64,000 bases of DNA from Candidatus Firestonebacteria bacterium RIFOXYD2_FULL_39_29 (GTDB lineage Bacteria; Oederibacteriota; D2-FULL-39-29), in assembly GCA_001778375.1 (NCBI GenBank), contig MFGV01000018.1, positions 47,022-111,021 on the forward strand. The letters run 5' to 3'. The notes under the pieces are model-generated. The model saw only the letters and a list, made by a program, of their open reading frames with translations, made no database searches and had not been told where the DNA came from. Position numbers and translations under genes: made by a program. Of this stretch, positions 1-10,435 are shown piece after piece; positions within the stretch are counted from its first letter, which is position 1; each line of letters opens with the position of its first letter.

Positions 1-134
1 ACCAGTCCGCAATAACAGCATTTACCTATATCAAATATTCTCGAAGAAAACAAATAGTACTCTTTTACCCTTAAAATATTTTTAATTTCATTATGTTTGC
101 ATAGATTACAAGAAATACGTACCATTCAATCTCC

Positions 135-1118
135 TCACAATACTCCAATATACCTCAAAAACTCCTTTAAAAGCAATCCAAGCAATCTTAATCTAGCATA
201 TATTTTAAAATAAACATAAGATATTTTAGATTTTGAAGCGTTCCGCAAGATAGAACATTCCTTTTTCGAACCTTCTTCAATTATGCTTAATATCTTATTA
301 GCACGTATCTCGTAAGTATACTCAGATAAAACCAATTCCTGCCCAACTTTAGCAATTCTTTCTCGTTCTTTAACATTCTTTAAATAATAATCAATTAACT
401 CCATCAACGTATTCTCGTCATAATAAATCAAATTTTTTTTATCTTCAAATAATTCATCCTGCCCGTTGCTAATTTTCTCCGTGAGCAGAAGAGTACCGGC
501 AGCCATAACTTCAAACACCCTCATATTTAAATCACCTTTCGCCGCAATGTTTACAGCTATTTTTGATTGACTATAAACTTCTGATATTTTCGAAAAAGGA
601 ACAGACGATTTAAAATCATTCATTTTATATTTTCTTGAAAGCTTTTCTAATAAAATACTGCGTTTTGACTTTGCAGCACCCAAATGACCAACAAAACCAA
701 TATCATATATTCTATCCAATTTTAATTCTTTATGAATATCCTGATCACATGCAAGCGGCAACCAAAACACATTTTTATTTCCCAATATTTTAAATTCTTC
801 AATATAGTCTTTTTGCGCAATAAATATATAATCAAAGAATTTAGATACTTCCCTTCTTATCTTCAAATCTATATGGACATCAATCAAATAACATACCGTA
901 GGGCAATCTAATTTTTCTATACCCCGCGGTAAAATAAAAAGGCCATCAATATATATAAATACATCCGGTTTCGATGACAATTTGCTTATATATTGATTTA
1001 TATCTGGGCAATTTTTATTATCCCCAATATAGCTTACGTTATGTCTTTTTTCAAAAGCTTTTTTAAAATAATTACCGGTAGTGTTTATAGATTCACCATA
1101 AGCCAACAGAATATTCAT
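135..1118 (-). CDS. Glycosyltransferase, GT1 / CgeB-like (Glyco_trans_1_2-type C-terminal domain)
   Basis: 327-aa ORF. C-terminal region (...SKIAVNIAAKGDLNMRVFEVMAAGTLLLTE...) matches the conserved C-terminal half of CgeB-like GT1 transferases. It lies at the distal end of a polysaccharide locus. Confidence 0.45.
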   Translation of the reverse strand: MNILLAYGESINTTGNYFKKAFEKRHNVSYIGDNKNCPDINQYISKLSSKPDVFIYIDGLFILPRGIEKLDCPTVCYLIDVHIDLKIRREVSKFFDYIFIAQKDYIEEFKILGNKNVFWLPLACDQDIHKELKLDRIYDIGFVGHLGAAKSKRSILLEKLSRKYKMNDFKSSVPFSKISEVYSQSKIAVNIAAKGDLNMRVFEVMAAGTLLLTEKISNGQDELFEDKKNLIYYDENTLMELIDYYLKNVKERERIAKVGQELVLSEYTYEIRANKILSIIEEGSKKECSILRNASKSKISYVYFKIYARLRLLGLLLKEFLRYIGVL

Positions 1119-1153
1119 CCGAGCTGTTCTCCTTATTAAACAAACACATCATC

Positions 1154-2914
1154 CTATATTATTTTATCCCATAATACATTTTTTGAATTCTTCAGATAAT
1201 AGAGTTTTTCTCCGTCCATAATTTTCAAAATATAATTCATCCCCATAATGCTTTTAGCTTCCGCTTGATTTTTCCATAATTGAGCAATAACATCCGGCCT
1301 TTGCTTCCCTACAGAATATTGATAGTCCCACTTAAGATGTCCAGGATAAAATTTTTTATATACAGGAACATCCTGTAAAATATGCATTTTTTCTCTTGCT
1401 ATTTTCTTGTCGTTTTTTCCCAATAAATCTACGCTATATCTTTCCGAAAAATACGGAATAGAGCCTGCCCATACAACTGCAATTTTGGCTTCTTTGTTCG
1501 TTGTCTCTTTTATATTATTTGCTATTGATACCATTCTAACACTATCAATTGCATAATAATTCTCACCACACAAAATCAGATCTTTCAGAGAATCTATCCC
1601 ATTAAAAGAATTAATTCTAATTGTTAGCATTAAAATTAATAACATATAAAATACAACTATTTTATTTTTCAATAAATGTCCCAATTGTCTCGTATTTAAG
1701 AATATGCAGCCTAAAATAAGCACGCAAAGCAAAAACATGGCAACAGGGATATACCTCGTAGTTTGACCCCATAATGCCCAAGCATAAGCCTCACTATACC
1801 AGCTACAGACAATAATCAATAGTATAACCCAAAGAAGCTTTCTTGCTTTACTTCTCCAGATAATGGGCTTACCTCTAATATATTTTTCCAGTATTTTCGT
1901 TAAAAAATACATACTACCGGAAAGAAAAATAAATAATAATGGCATGGCAACTGAAATATATCTATTTGCACCGCCCCAGTTATCCCACGCATCCCCTCCG
2001 ACATAAATACTATATGCCATAACTGATAGAATAGGCCAAAGCAATAAATGCATTTTATTTATCCAAAACTTGCGTGACACTATTATACAGGCTATACAAA
2101 CTAGCAATCCAAATTTCAGTATAAACACCAGATAATAAAACAGTCCTCTAAGCAATCTTAAATCTACTGGAAAACCGGTCATTTTCAAATAATAAGTATT
2201 TGGGAATATTTCGCCATAATACAAATATCTTAAGCTTGTCTGAACAGCTGCAAATGTAACTATTATCAGTGATGCCCTCAACAAACTACTTATCCTTTTT
2301 TCTTTTAATATTAAACAACCGGTCAAAATCAAAGCAAAAGCCGGCACAATGAAATCAATCCGAATAAATGTGCCAATACCCAGCAATAATAAATATTTAT
2401 AATCTTGCTTGTCTTTTTCTATTGAAACAAGTAATAAATAAACCGAACAACAAAGCGTTAAAGTCAGTAAACTGACTTCCATTCCACTCAAAGACCACAT
2501 TATTGATGGAAGATAAAAGGAAAACAATACACAGGCACCAAAAGATATGTAAGTATTTTTAAATATCTTGTCTGATATTTTTTTTATAATGAGAATATTA
2601 AGGACTGTAAATATTGCCCCGCTTAATTGAACAAATAGCGATATTTTCTCTTTAGTTACATGAAAAATATGAAAAATACTCATTAAGACGACCCAAAGCG
2701 GGTTTGTAAACCCTTCAACCAGCTCTCCCTTATTCCATACAAGACCATTTCCATTTGCCAAATTCTCGGCAAACCTCATTGAGATCATCGCATCATCAAA
2801 TAAAACAAAATATCGAATATTATTAGCAATAAAACTTGTATTAAAGATATAACAAATCTGGTAAAAAACAACTACCAGAATTAACATCAAGAACATTTTA
2901 TTCGCTTTGTTCAA
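1154..2914 (-). CDS. Polytopic membrane protein, GT-C-fold glycosyltransferase-like (ArnT/PMT-like)
   Basis: 586-aa ORF with >10 predicted TM helices. An acidic DD motif sits in the first extracytoplasmic loop (FVLFDDAMISMRFAENLANG), as in GT-C enzymes. It is adjacent to the GT1 and Wzx genes. Confidence 0.35.
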   Translation of the reverse strand: MNKANKMFLMLILVVVFYQICYIFNTSFIANNIRYFVLFDDAMISMRFAENLANGNGLVWNKGELVEGFTNPLWVVLMSIFHIFHVTKEKISLFVQLSGAIFTVLNILIIKKISDKIFKNTYISFGACVLFSFYLPSIMWSLSGMEVSLLTLTLCCSVYLLLVSIEKDKQDYKYLLLLGIGTFIRIDFIVPAFALILTGCLILKEKRISSLLRASLIIVTFAAVQTSLRYLYYGEIFPNTYYLKMTGFPVDLRLLRGLFYYLVFILKFGLLVCIACIIVSRKFWINKMHLLLWPILSVMAYSIYVGGDAWDNWGGANRYISVAMPLLFIFLSGSMYFLTKILEKYIRGKPIIWRSKARKLLWVILLIIVCSWYSEAYAWALWGQTTRYIPVAMFLLCVLILGCIFLNTRQLGHLLKNKIVVFYMLLILMLTIRINSFNGIDSLKDLILCGENYYAIDSVRMVSIANNIKETTNKEAKIAVVWAGSIPYFSERYSVDLLGKNDKKIAREKMHILQDVPVYKKFYPGHLKWDYQYSVGKQRPDVIAQLWKNQAEAKSIMGMNYILKIMDGEKLYYLKNSKNVLWDKII

Positions 2915-2980
2915 ATATTCTCCTTAGTAATTAATTTAGTATTTTAATCAACTTTTAAATATATAATTTCAACTATTCTA

Positions 2981-4498
2981 TCATAACCACCTGACAATAA
3001 AGGCACTAAACGGGTGAAGACTTAACAGAAGCTTCTTATCACTTTCAGAAAAAAGAAAAAGAATTTTGCAAAACAGCATTATTAAACCAACATAAACAAC
3101 AAAACTTATACCTAAACTATATATTCCTCCAGCCTCCAAATAACTTATAATGAACAAGCTACAAATCGAGCCCACCAATACTTTTATAGAAAATACCAAC
3201 GGATAAAATTTCCGAACATTCATAGAAACTACTATAAACTCAATAAATTGCGTTATTATCACAGAAATGCAAAAAGCCAGAATTGCACCTACTGCGCCTA
3301 AATATGGCACTAAAATAAATACCAAACCGATATTTATAACACCGCATACAACTCGAATTACAAGTACCTTTTTCTCTTGCCCCACCGTGTAAAGAGTATT
3401 TGTAGCCAAATGTGTTAACGCCAGGACTCCCAACGCACTAAACATTGTATAAATCTGAACCAGCTGCACACTGGGCAGATATTTCTCTCCTAACACAACC
3501 ATTATTATAGGATGCGCAAACCACCCTAAAAATAATATAACAGGTATCAGAGTTATTATTAACATTTTAGCTAATCCATTAATTATTTTGCTTAAACCTT
3601 CTTTTCCATGTTTCGAACTAACTTCTGAAAGAATTGGCAAAAATATACCAGCCAAAGCAGAGATAAAAATACCGGGTAAATATCCAAAAAGCAATGCTGT
3701 GGAGTAGTATCCGACCTGCAAAGTATCTTTTAACAAAGCTCCTAATAAGAGAATGTTAATCTGTCCATTTATCAAAAATGTAGAAAGATTTATAAGCCAA
3801 ATATAAAAACCAAATTTTAATATCTCATTATTCATTGTTTTATCATACAGTGGTTCTATTTGCACAGGGGAACGTTTATAAATCATCAGTCCCATGAACA
3901 ATATAAACACAACAGAAAACAGAAATGACCATAAAGCATACAAAAGGGAAGGTGTAAACAACAAGAATAGAGATCCTACCAATACTAATCCGAATACTTG
4001 TGAAATTGTTTTAATTATGGTAAGCTCGCGTATCTTCAATAGCGAAGTAAAATATGCCAGTACCATATCTCTTAATCCTATAGACAGCAAAATACCTACA
4101 ATCAAAAGGCGGTAGCTTAAGAAAGCTTTTTCCGAAAAATAGTCAGAAAAAAAAGAATCTGCAAAATACACCATAACAGATATAACCAATAATATTGCAA
4201 ATCGTATTATTAATAGATTTTTATATAGATTATGCATTTTCCCGTAAGATTCAGCTCTATTAAGCTGCGGAACAAACTTGTTCAAAACAGATTCAAAACC
4301 AAACGAAAAGAAAAGAAGCAAGGTGGCGGCAAAAGTCATTATTAGATTATACGTTCCATATGTCTTCGGACCAAGAGTCCGCCCTACAATTATCGAGAAA
4401 CAAGCGGCAAGACCAAATTCTAATATTTTGTTAATATAATTCCACGCCATTCCTTTGGCAATTCTTATATTTAAATGTTCTTCCTTTATATTATTCAT
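2981..4498 (-). CDS. wzx: Polysaccharide biosynthesis protein / Wzx-type flippase (MOP superfamily)
   Basis: 505 aa and highly hydrophobic with ~12-14 TM segments. The N-terminus (AKGMAWNYINKILEFGLAACFSIIVGRTLGPKTYGTYNLIMTF) is typical of the O-antigen flippase family. It sits next to Wzy-like and Wzc genes. Confidence 0.6.
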   Translation of the reverse strand: MNNIKEEHLNIRIAKGMAWNYINKILEFGLAACFSIIVGRTLGPKTYGTYNLIMTFAATLLLFFSFGFESVLNKFVPQLNRAESYGKMHNLYKNLLIIRFAILLVISVMVYFADSFFSDYFSEKAFLSYRLLIVGILLSIGLRDMVLAYFTSLLKIRELTIIKTISQVFGLVLVGSLFLLFTPSLLYALWSFLFSVVFILFMGLMIYKRSPVQIEPLYDKTMNNEILKFGFYIWLINLSTFLINGQINILLLGALLKDTLQVGYYSTALLFGYLPGIFISALAGIFLPILSEVSSKHGKEGLSKIINGLAKMLIITLIPVILFLGWFAHPIIMVVLGEKYLPSVQLVQIYTMFSALGVLALTHLATNTLYTVGQEKKVLVIRVVCGVINIGLVFILVPYLGAVGAILAFCISVIITQFIEFIVVSMNVRKFYPLVFSIKVLVGSICSLFIISYLEAGGIYSLGISFVVYVGLIMLFCKILFLFSESDKKLLLSLHPFSAFIVRWL

Positions 4499-4589
4499 TA
4501 TTTTTCGTTTCCTTTTCTTTATCTGATCGTATTTTCATTTATTGACAAAAACACTATTTATATCCTGCAATATCAAATCTACTATTATT

Positions 4590-5957
4590 TCAGTGAAGCT
4601 TTACATCGATGTTTTTAGAACTTTCCCTATATAATACAGCAACCAACGCCGATAAAAACCAGAAAGGTTCCATAACTCTTACGATAATAAAAGTATTCGC
4701 GGTCAGAGCGTGAAATAAAAGTGCAATGAAAGAAACGGAAAATCCAAAAGCAATTGATTTTGTAAACTCAGTCTGACATATTTTGTACGTCTTGTAGCCC
4801 ATTTTGTAAATGGCAAAAACCATCCAGCAAAACAATGCAAACCCGATAATGCCAACTTCGCCAAGCACTGTAAAATATTGACCGTCAATAAAACTTACTC
4901 CGGTCACACCATAGCCGGTAAGCAGATGCTTTGGAAGCTTCACTGTTACGAGATTCTTCCAGCTCTCAATTCTGGCCATACTTGATTCATCAAAATTAAC
5001 TTTTCCCGCTCCTGTGTCTATCTGCCTGCCTTGAAAGGTTTCACGCACCCGTTCGGTAATGTTTGCAGGGAGAATCAAAGGCACAATGACAACCGCCGCA
5101 AGTAATACTAAGAAATACGTTAACCTGTTTTTTTTAGTTAGAAACAGAGTAAACAGAATCATTATCCCAAATGCGATATAGGAAGCTCTGGACAATGTTT
5201 GCCAAAAAGGCGGCATAATAAAAGCAAAACCCGCCAACGCAAGAAGTTTTTTTATCTTATTTTTATAGTTTAATATGACAGCTGTGAAAATCGCCAACGC
5301 CATAATAAAATAGCCGCCTAAACTAGCAGGTTCACCGGCAGTTGCCACAACCCCGATCGGATCTTCAAAAGGCGCAGTTATTCTTTGGCCTGAGCCAAGC
5401 TGAGTATAACCATAAGCAGTTACAATAACCAGTGTTACAAGCGCTGCAAAGAGATAGCGCTTCACTTCCTTTTCATCTTTTACGACGTTGCTGACCATGA
5501 AATAGATCAGAAAGTATTCAACATACTTCAATACGTAGAAAAACCCCTTTACAAAATTTACATCTCCGATAATTACTCCTTTCAGGGTAAAAACAACACA
5601 CGCTAAAGTATAAGCTACAACAGGGACATTTAAGGGTGAGCTTTTCAGAAGACCTGTTGTTTTATCTATAGCTATTTTTGCAAACCAGGCAAAGAATACT
5701 ATAATGAGAATAAAATCATCAACTCTCAAGACAACATCCCGTCCGGGAACAGAAGCAAGCTTGATTTCCGGGGAGAGCATCATGGAAAAAACAAGAATAT
5801 AAATTCCAAACTCTATTCTGAAAAATGCGATTATTCCGACTAACAGTCCGAGGATTATACCGAGCAAGACACCTGAGTTGGCTTGAGGGATTAAAAAGGC
5901 GATAAAGAGGGCTATCAGAGCAAATACTGCAAAAAAAACCAGCTTATACTTAGCCAT
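4590..5957 (-). CDS. O-antigen ligase / Wzy-like polymerase family membrane protein
   Basis: 455-aa polytopic membrane protein with a large periplasmic loop late in the protein, an architecture shared by O-antigen ligases and Wzy polymerases. It is part of a Wzx/Wzy/Wzc/Wza gene set. Confidence 0.45.
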   Translation of the reverse strand: MAKYKLVFFAVFALIALFIAFLIPQANSGVLLGIILGLLVGIIAFFRIEFGIYILVFSMMLSPEIKLASVPGRDVVLRVDDFILIIVFFAWFAKIAIDKTTGLLKSSPLNVPVVAYTLACVVFTLKGVIIGDVNFVKGFFYVLKYVEYFLIYFMVSNVVKDEKEVKRYLFAALVTLVIVTAYGYTQLGSGQRITAPFEDPIGVVATAGEPASLGGYFIMALAIFTAVILNYKNKIKKLLALAGFAFIMPPFWQTLSRASYIAFGIMILFTLFLTKKNRLTYFLVLLAAVVIVPLILPANITERVRETFQGRQIDTGAGKVNFDESSMARIESWKNLVTVKLPKHLLTGYGVTGVSFIDGQYFTVLGEVGIIGFALFCWMVFAIYKMGYKTYKICQTEFTKSIAFGFSVSFIALLFHALTANTFIIVRVMEPFWFLSALVAVLYRESSKNIDVKLH

Positions 5958-7803
5958 CTTTGGGGTCTTTCTTTTCTTCTCTGTAGTATCTGGAACTGTA
6001 ATAATAACTGCCGTAATGCGGCATCATTTTAATGTTAACATCGTTCAGAACTATGCCGAGAATATTGGCATGAACATTATCCAGCTGGGATTTCGCGCGC
6101 CTTAAGGCAAGTTTGGAAGTACGGCCTGCTTGATATATAAGTACAACGCCATCAACTTTTGAAGCAAGTATAGTGGAATCCGCAAAAAGAAGGACAGGAG
6201 GGCAATCAAAAATAACCAGATCAAAATTTGCTTTAAGTTCCGTAAGTAAATTATCAAGACTCGCGGAACTTATAATATCAACCGGGTTTGTGTACATTCT
6301 GCCGCAGGTAATGATCTTCAGGTTCTCAATCCCGGGAACTTTAATAATATTATCCAGTTTGAGCCCGCTCATTAAAATATCGGAAGTCCCTTTAAGCGCT
6401 TCTTTCCAGGTAATATTCCCGAGTAAAACATCGGAAAGCCCGTTTTCCCTCGGAAGCCCGAATATCTTATTTATAGAAGGCCTTCTTAAGTCCGCTTCCA
6501 CCAGCACCACCTGCATGCCTGCTTCTGCCGAGGAAAGAGCATAATTAATAATTGAAAAGGTCTTACCTTCCGCAGGACCAGAGCTTGTAAAAATCAATGA
6601 TTTATTTTTATTTTTAGCCACCATGAAAGAGATATTTGTCCTAAGAGTATGATACGCTTCGACAAGTACTGACTTCGGAGAGTACCAGAGTATAAGATGT
6701 CTTTTTAAATAAGCGTCTTTATCTTTTTTCTTAAACAGGCGTCCCAGCAGTCCGCCTTTTTTTTCCAATTCGTCCGTGGCTTTGGGAATTATTCCGACAA
6801 CAGGAAGACCAATAAAGCTTTCCAGATCCTCAACCGAGCCGATAGTGGTATCAAGACTTTCCATGAAAAACGCCGCCACCGAGCCTATTATTATACCGAG
6901 AAGCAAACCAATTATCATATTTAACTGTTTATTCGGCCTTAGAGGATATTTTGCCGCCATGGCTTTGTTTACAATAGTCGAAGTTTCGACTTTTCCGGCT
7001 TCAGCTATTTCAGCTTCCTGATATTTGGTCCTGAGATTATTGTAGAGGGATTCATTAATAGAAACTTCCCTGCTGAGTCTTATAAGCTCACTATCCTGTT
7101 CCGACAGGTCTTTTATTTTTTCTTCCACGTACTTTATCTCTTCTTTTTTCTTTTGTACTTCCGGGTGCTCTTCCGTATACTGGCGCTTTAGCGCAGAAAT
7201 CTGGGAATTAAGTTCAATAAGCTTACTGGCATAGGCCTGCGCCATACCCGAGATACCGCCTTTGGATTTAAAAACTTTTAAGCTGTCTTCCGCCTTGAAA
7301 AGTTCCTTCTCCTGCTGTGCCAGCTGTATCTGAATGTATTTTTTCTGCTCTTTTTCTGCCTTGCTTTTTTCTTCAAAACTCTTTTCTATATAGCATTCCG
7401 CAATGGCATTCACGAGCATAGCGGCTACTTCTGCTTTATCAGAATAACCGGTAATCTGTATCATATTGGAATAACCGATTTGCTCCACCTCCAGCTCCCC
7501 CATAACATCCATGACGCTTTTATTGGATCTGGTTTTTATAAGAGCTCTTCTTATCACATCTTCACTCTTAACTATTCTGATTTCCGAGCCGATTGTATCC
7601 ACGCCCATACTTGGCATCATCATATTATTTTCCGGCACACCTATTTTAATAGAAGAACTTGCCTTGTAGACTGCCTTTTGCAGGTCGGTAAAAATATAAG
7701 TGGCAACCAGAAGAACAATAGAAGTGAAAAGTATAATATATTTATGCTTAGTTAACGTACGCCAGTAATCGTATATTGTCAGCTCTTCTGTTTCTATGAC
7801 CAT
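5950..7803 (-). CDS. wzc: Polysaccharide co-polymerase / BY-kinase (Wzc/GumC-like: chain-length determinant plus CpsD-like tyrosine autokinase)
   Basis: The N-terminal TM, long coiled coil and second TM are Wzz-like. The C-terminal P-loop ATPase has a Walker A (TSSGPAEGKTFSIINYALSSA) and Walker B (VVLVEADLRRP), and a Tyr-rich tail (YGSYYYSSRYY) ends the protein. The ORF track starts at 7839, but a strong RBS (GGAAGGAG) precedes the Met at 7803, and the upstream Met codons lie inside an inverted-repeat element. I therefore propose the start at 7803. Confidence 0.7.
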   Translation of the reverse strand: MVIETEELTIYDYWRTLTKHKYIILFTSIVLLVATYIFTDLQKAVYKASSSIKIGVPENNMMMPSMGVDTIGSEIRIVKSEDVIRRALIKTRSNKSVMDVMGELEVEQIGYSNMIQITGYSDKAEVAAMLVNAIAECYIEKSFEEKSKAEKEQKKYIQIQLAQQEKELFKAEDSLKVFKSKGGISGMAQAYASKLIELNSQISALKRQYTEEHPEVQKKKEEIKYVEEKIKDLSEQDSELIRLSREVSINESLYNNLRTKYQEAEIAEAGKVETSTIVNKAMAAKYPLRPNKQLNMIIGLLLGIIIGSVAAFFMESLDTTIGSVEDLESFIGLPVVGIIPKATDELEKKGGLLGRLFKKKDKDAYLKRHLILWYSPKSVLVEAYHTLRTNISFMVAKNKNKSLIFTSSGPAEGKTFSIINYALSSAEAGMQVVLVEADLRRPSINKIFGLPRENGLSDVLLGNITWKEALKGTSDILMSGLKLDNIIKVPGIENLKIITCGRMYTNPVDIISSASLDNLLTELKANFDLVIFDCPPVLLFADSTILASKVDGVVLIYQAGRTSKLALRRAKSQLDNVHANILGIVLNDVNIKMMPHYGSYYYSSRYYREEKKDPKDG

Positions 7804-7828
7804 TAAGGCTCCTTCCATAAAGATATTT

Positions 7829-8040
7829 ACAATTGACAATTTAATGTAGTATTATTTATAAAACCACCTAAAACTATTGTTACACGTAGCACGTTACTCA
7901 GGTTATCAGCCCAGGTGGATTTCGCAAAGGACTCATGGTTTTACATATAAACCTTTGCTCAACTCCCTCACTGTTTTTCACAATTTGGCGGGGCTTTTTC
8001 CCGCCTTCATTAAATTGTCAATTGTAAATCGTAAATTTCT
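7829..8040. mobile_element. TIR-flanked intergenic cassette (MITE-like) 1
   Basis: Left arm ACAATTGACAATTTAATGTAGTATTATTTATAA and right arm TAAATTGTCAATTGTAAATCGTAAATTTC are inverted repeats. The interior carries 60-bp element copy A, a GC hairpin GGCGGGGCTTTTTCCCGCC, and the TTCATTAAATTG motif. Confidence 0.45.
7908..7967 (+). repeat. 60-bp intergenic repeat element, copy A
   Basis: CCCAGGTGGATTTCGCAAAGGACTCATGGTTTTACATATAAACCTTTGCTCAACTCCC, consisting of a palindromic head (CCAGGTGG) plus a 7-bp stem GCAAAGG/CCTTTGC around a ~25-nt loop. Confidence 0.7.
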
Positions 8041-8049
8041 TTTCTGCGC

Positions 8050-8733
8050 TTACCTGAAAAGCAGTATTATCGTTACTACTGTTGATGCAAGGTAGACCGT
8101 CGGCATTACATTATTCAAAAACCAGTTCCAGCCGGCCACACCTTTTTGCGGAACATAAACTATATCATCGGGTTTAAGTTGAATATCCTTCTTCAGCTCG
8201 CCTTTTGTTATTACATCTTCCATGTTCACTTCTAATATGGTTCTCTTATCTCCCGTGCCCCTGAATACTTTTACCTGAGATAGCTCGGCTTCTATTGAAA
8301 AGCCGCCCGCTAAAGATACCAGTTCAAGCACGGTAATACCGTCACGGTAATCATAACTTCCTGAACCTTTTGCCTGCCCCATGACATAAACCTTGCGCTT
8401 GCCGAATTCTTTCAATGTTACTGAAACCACTGGTTTTGTAACGTATTTTTCATATTCTTTTTCAATTCTGCTAGAAAGCTCTTTCAAGGTTATCCCTGAG
8501 GCCTGGATTTCACCTATAAGTTTTAATGTTATCTTACCATCACTTTGCACCTGCACTTCTTTGGAAAGATCGTCGGTGGGAGTAATTACAATATTTAATG
8601 TATCTCCGGCTTTAATAGTGTAGGTCGTAAAGCTTTTATTAAAATCCGAAGAAATGTCTTTTGCACTCTGAGCCACTGCTGACGTTACAAACAGCAGCGA
8701 AATTAGAACTAATAATTTTTTCATCATAGTCAT
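8050..8733 (-). CDS. wza: Polysaccharide export protein, Wza-like (Poly_export + SLBB domains)
   Basis: A signal peptide (MTMMKKLLVLISLLFVTSAVAQS) is followed by a Poly_export-like motif (YTIKAGDTLNIVI) and beta-grasp repeats. It is adjacent to wzc. Confidence 0.55.
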   Translation of the reverse strand: MTMMKKLLVLISLLFVTSAVAQSAKDISSDFNKSFTTYTIKAGDTLNIVITPTDDLSKEVQVQSDGKITLKLIGEIQASGITLKELSSRIEKEYEKYVTKPVVSVTLKEFGKRKVYVMGQAKGSGSYDYRDGITVLELVSLAGGFSIEAELSQVKVFRGTGDKRTILEVNMEDVITKGELKKDIQLKPDDIVYVPQKGVAGWNWFLNNVMPTVYLASTVVTIILLFR

Positions 8734-8930
8734 CTCCTTCTAAATTCGATTCCACTTCCGCCAGTTATATTTGGCGGATCTCTCGTAGAGATTACAAAGC
8801 TACAGGATTCCACTGATACAAACACCAGACACTGGATCCCCGATAAAAACACTCGAGGATGACAAAAACACATCACGAAAGCTTATAGCAAGTTTTTGTC
8901 ACTTTCTTCCCTTTCTGCACTTGCTTCTTC

Positions 8931-8990
8931 CGCCTAGGCGGATTTCGCAAAGGGTTCATGGTTAGATATTTATACCTTTGCTCAACTTGC
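8931..8990 (+). repeat. 60-bp intergenic repeat element, copy B
   Basis: CCGCCTAGGCGGATTTCGCAAAGGGTTCATGGTTAGATATTTATACCTTTGCTCAACTTGC. Confidence 0.7.
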
Positions 8991-9026
8991 TGTGCCTCTG
9001 CGCATCTGCTCTTCCGAGCATCTGTT

Positions 9027-10157
9027 TCACTCAGTCCACCATTTGTGCATGGAAATTTCCATAAGACCTTTTTTATCAAGCCCTGAAAGTTTATCCTCGT
9101 CTACTGCGTCACTTATTTGTGTCATGGCGTTTTCCAGTAAATTCACATACTGCGGCTTCTCCTGATATACTCCGTCTCTGTCAAAAATAACTTCTACTAC
9201 CGGACGGGTCGGGAATTTTTTATTTGCCTTGATTACAAAGCCTATTTGACCGCTGTTAAGACGCACATAACTTCCGGGCGGATAGATAGACAGTTCTTCT
9301 ATTAATTTTTTCACCACAGAATGCTCGAAAACTTCGTCAGAGGACCGTATGAACATTTTAAGCACCTCATGAGGAAGCTTCCTCTCCCGAAGTTTGCGGG
9401 GATGGGACAGACCTTCATAAATATCAACAAGACCTATTACCTTTGCCATTTCGTTAAGCTCTTTAGTATCATAAATACTGCCCGCAAAATCCTTTGTCTG
9501 TATCTGCTCGTAAATTTCCCTTGTAAGCCTCTCATTGTCGCGCTGTTTTATGACTCCTTTTGTCAAATCAATATGTGTCCCGCCCCAGGCTTCGTGAAGC
9601 AACGCAGACGTTCCAAGAAAGAGTGATTTCTCTTTTGAATAAGTAAGACCCAGCCCTAGTCGAATTGCAAGAATACAAGTATTAGACAAATGAGAATACA
9701 TCGTATTATCATTTGTAGTTTTTGCAGTCAAAACAAGAAGTTCATCATTACCTTTTTCAAGTTCTTCCAGCACCACCTCTACTACGTTTTCCGCGCTGCT
9801 TTTTACCTCAGCAAAATCACCTTTGCCATTCAGGGCTACAGTTTCCCGAGAAAAATTTATAAGCATTTTATAGGTACTTAAAGCCCGTTTTTTTTCGGCA
9901 TCTTTACGAAAAGGAGAAATTACAGTTTTATTTTCCACAATCCTTTGAGGAACTTCTATTTCTTTTTTAGGTTCACCGGAAACAACAGGAGTAACGGGAG
10001 AACCACAAGGTACCGAAGAGCACAGTCCTTTCTCAATGAGAGGACTTTTGAATATGCTCGTACCCGGCGGTTTTAACTCAGGGACCAAAGGCACAGTTTC
10101 CACAGGCGGTTCAACCGGCTTCGGCGGTCCCTTGGGCATTATTTTCGATAGTTTCAT
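9027..10157 (-). CDS. Hypothetical protein with a Pro-rich N-terminus and a degenerate HD/HD-GYP-like region
   Basis: 376 aa. The segment ...LHEAWGGTH...VDIYEGLSHPRKLRERKLPHEVL... resembles the C-terminal D-x-[FY]-[DE]-A-L...R-x-Y motif region of HD-GYP domains. A clean metal-binding HD dyad is not evident. Confidence 0.25.
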   Translation of the reverse strand: MKLSKIMPKGPPKPVEPPVETVPLVPELKPPGTSIFKSPLIEKGLCSSVPCGSPVTPVVSGEPKKEIEVPQRIVENKTVISPFRKDAEKKRALSTYKMLINFSRETVALNGKGDFAEVKSSAENVVEVVLEELEKGNDELLVLTAKTTNDNTMYSHLSNTCILAIRLGLGLTYSKEKSLFLGTSALLHEAWGGTHIDLTKGVIKQRDNERLTREIYEQIQTKDFAGSIYDTKELNEMAKVIGLVDIYEGLSHPRKLRERKLPHEVLKMFIRSSDEVFEHSVVKKLIEELSIYPPGSYVRLNSGQIGFVIKANKKFPTRPVVEVIFDRDGVYQEKPQYVNLLENAMTQISDAVDEDKLSGLDKKGLMEISMHKWWTE

Positions 10158-10177
10158 AAAACCCCACTGAAAACAAA

Positions 10178-10205
10178 TTACTAAGTACTAATGACTACTA
10201 ATTAT
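10178..10205. repeat. Solo copy of the cassette-2 type inverted-repeat arm
   Basis: ATTACTAAGTACTAATGACTACTAATTATT resembles the TIR arms of cassette 2. It lies just past the stop of ORF 9027..10157. Confidence 0.35.
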
Positions 10206-10435
10206 TGAGGTTATTATATACATTATAACAACCTCAAACAGTTTTACTTACTATATTATATACAATATCAATTACATTAACAATTCCAAAATTTGTCCAA
10301 AAGCACCTTTTGGACTGATGGCACAGATCTTAACCGCGATGACACAGATATAACCTATTTATTCTTCTATTTTTACTCAAATATCTTATCAACGCTTCTT
10401 TTTCGAGTTTCAAATTTCTAATTTCGAGTTTATAC

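Noticed and set aside
6173-7755. + strand ORFs of 81-123 aa within the wzc gene
   Set aside because: They are antisense to a well-supported kinase gene and lack recognisable domains.
7970-8010. GGCG...CGCC hairpins in the TIR cassettes as intrinsic terminators of the flanking genes
   Set aside because: The U-rich side is on the + strand whereas all flanking genes are transcribed from the minus strand. They are more likely structural components of the repeated cassette.
8873-9079. 68-aa ORF between the wza-like and HD-like genes
   Set aside because: It overlaps 60-bp repeat copy B and the upstream gene end, has no RBS and a basic low-complexity tail, and is probably not coding.
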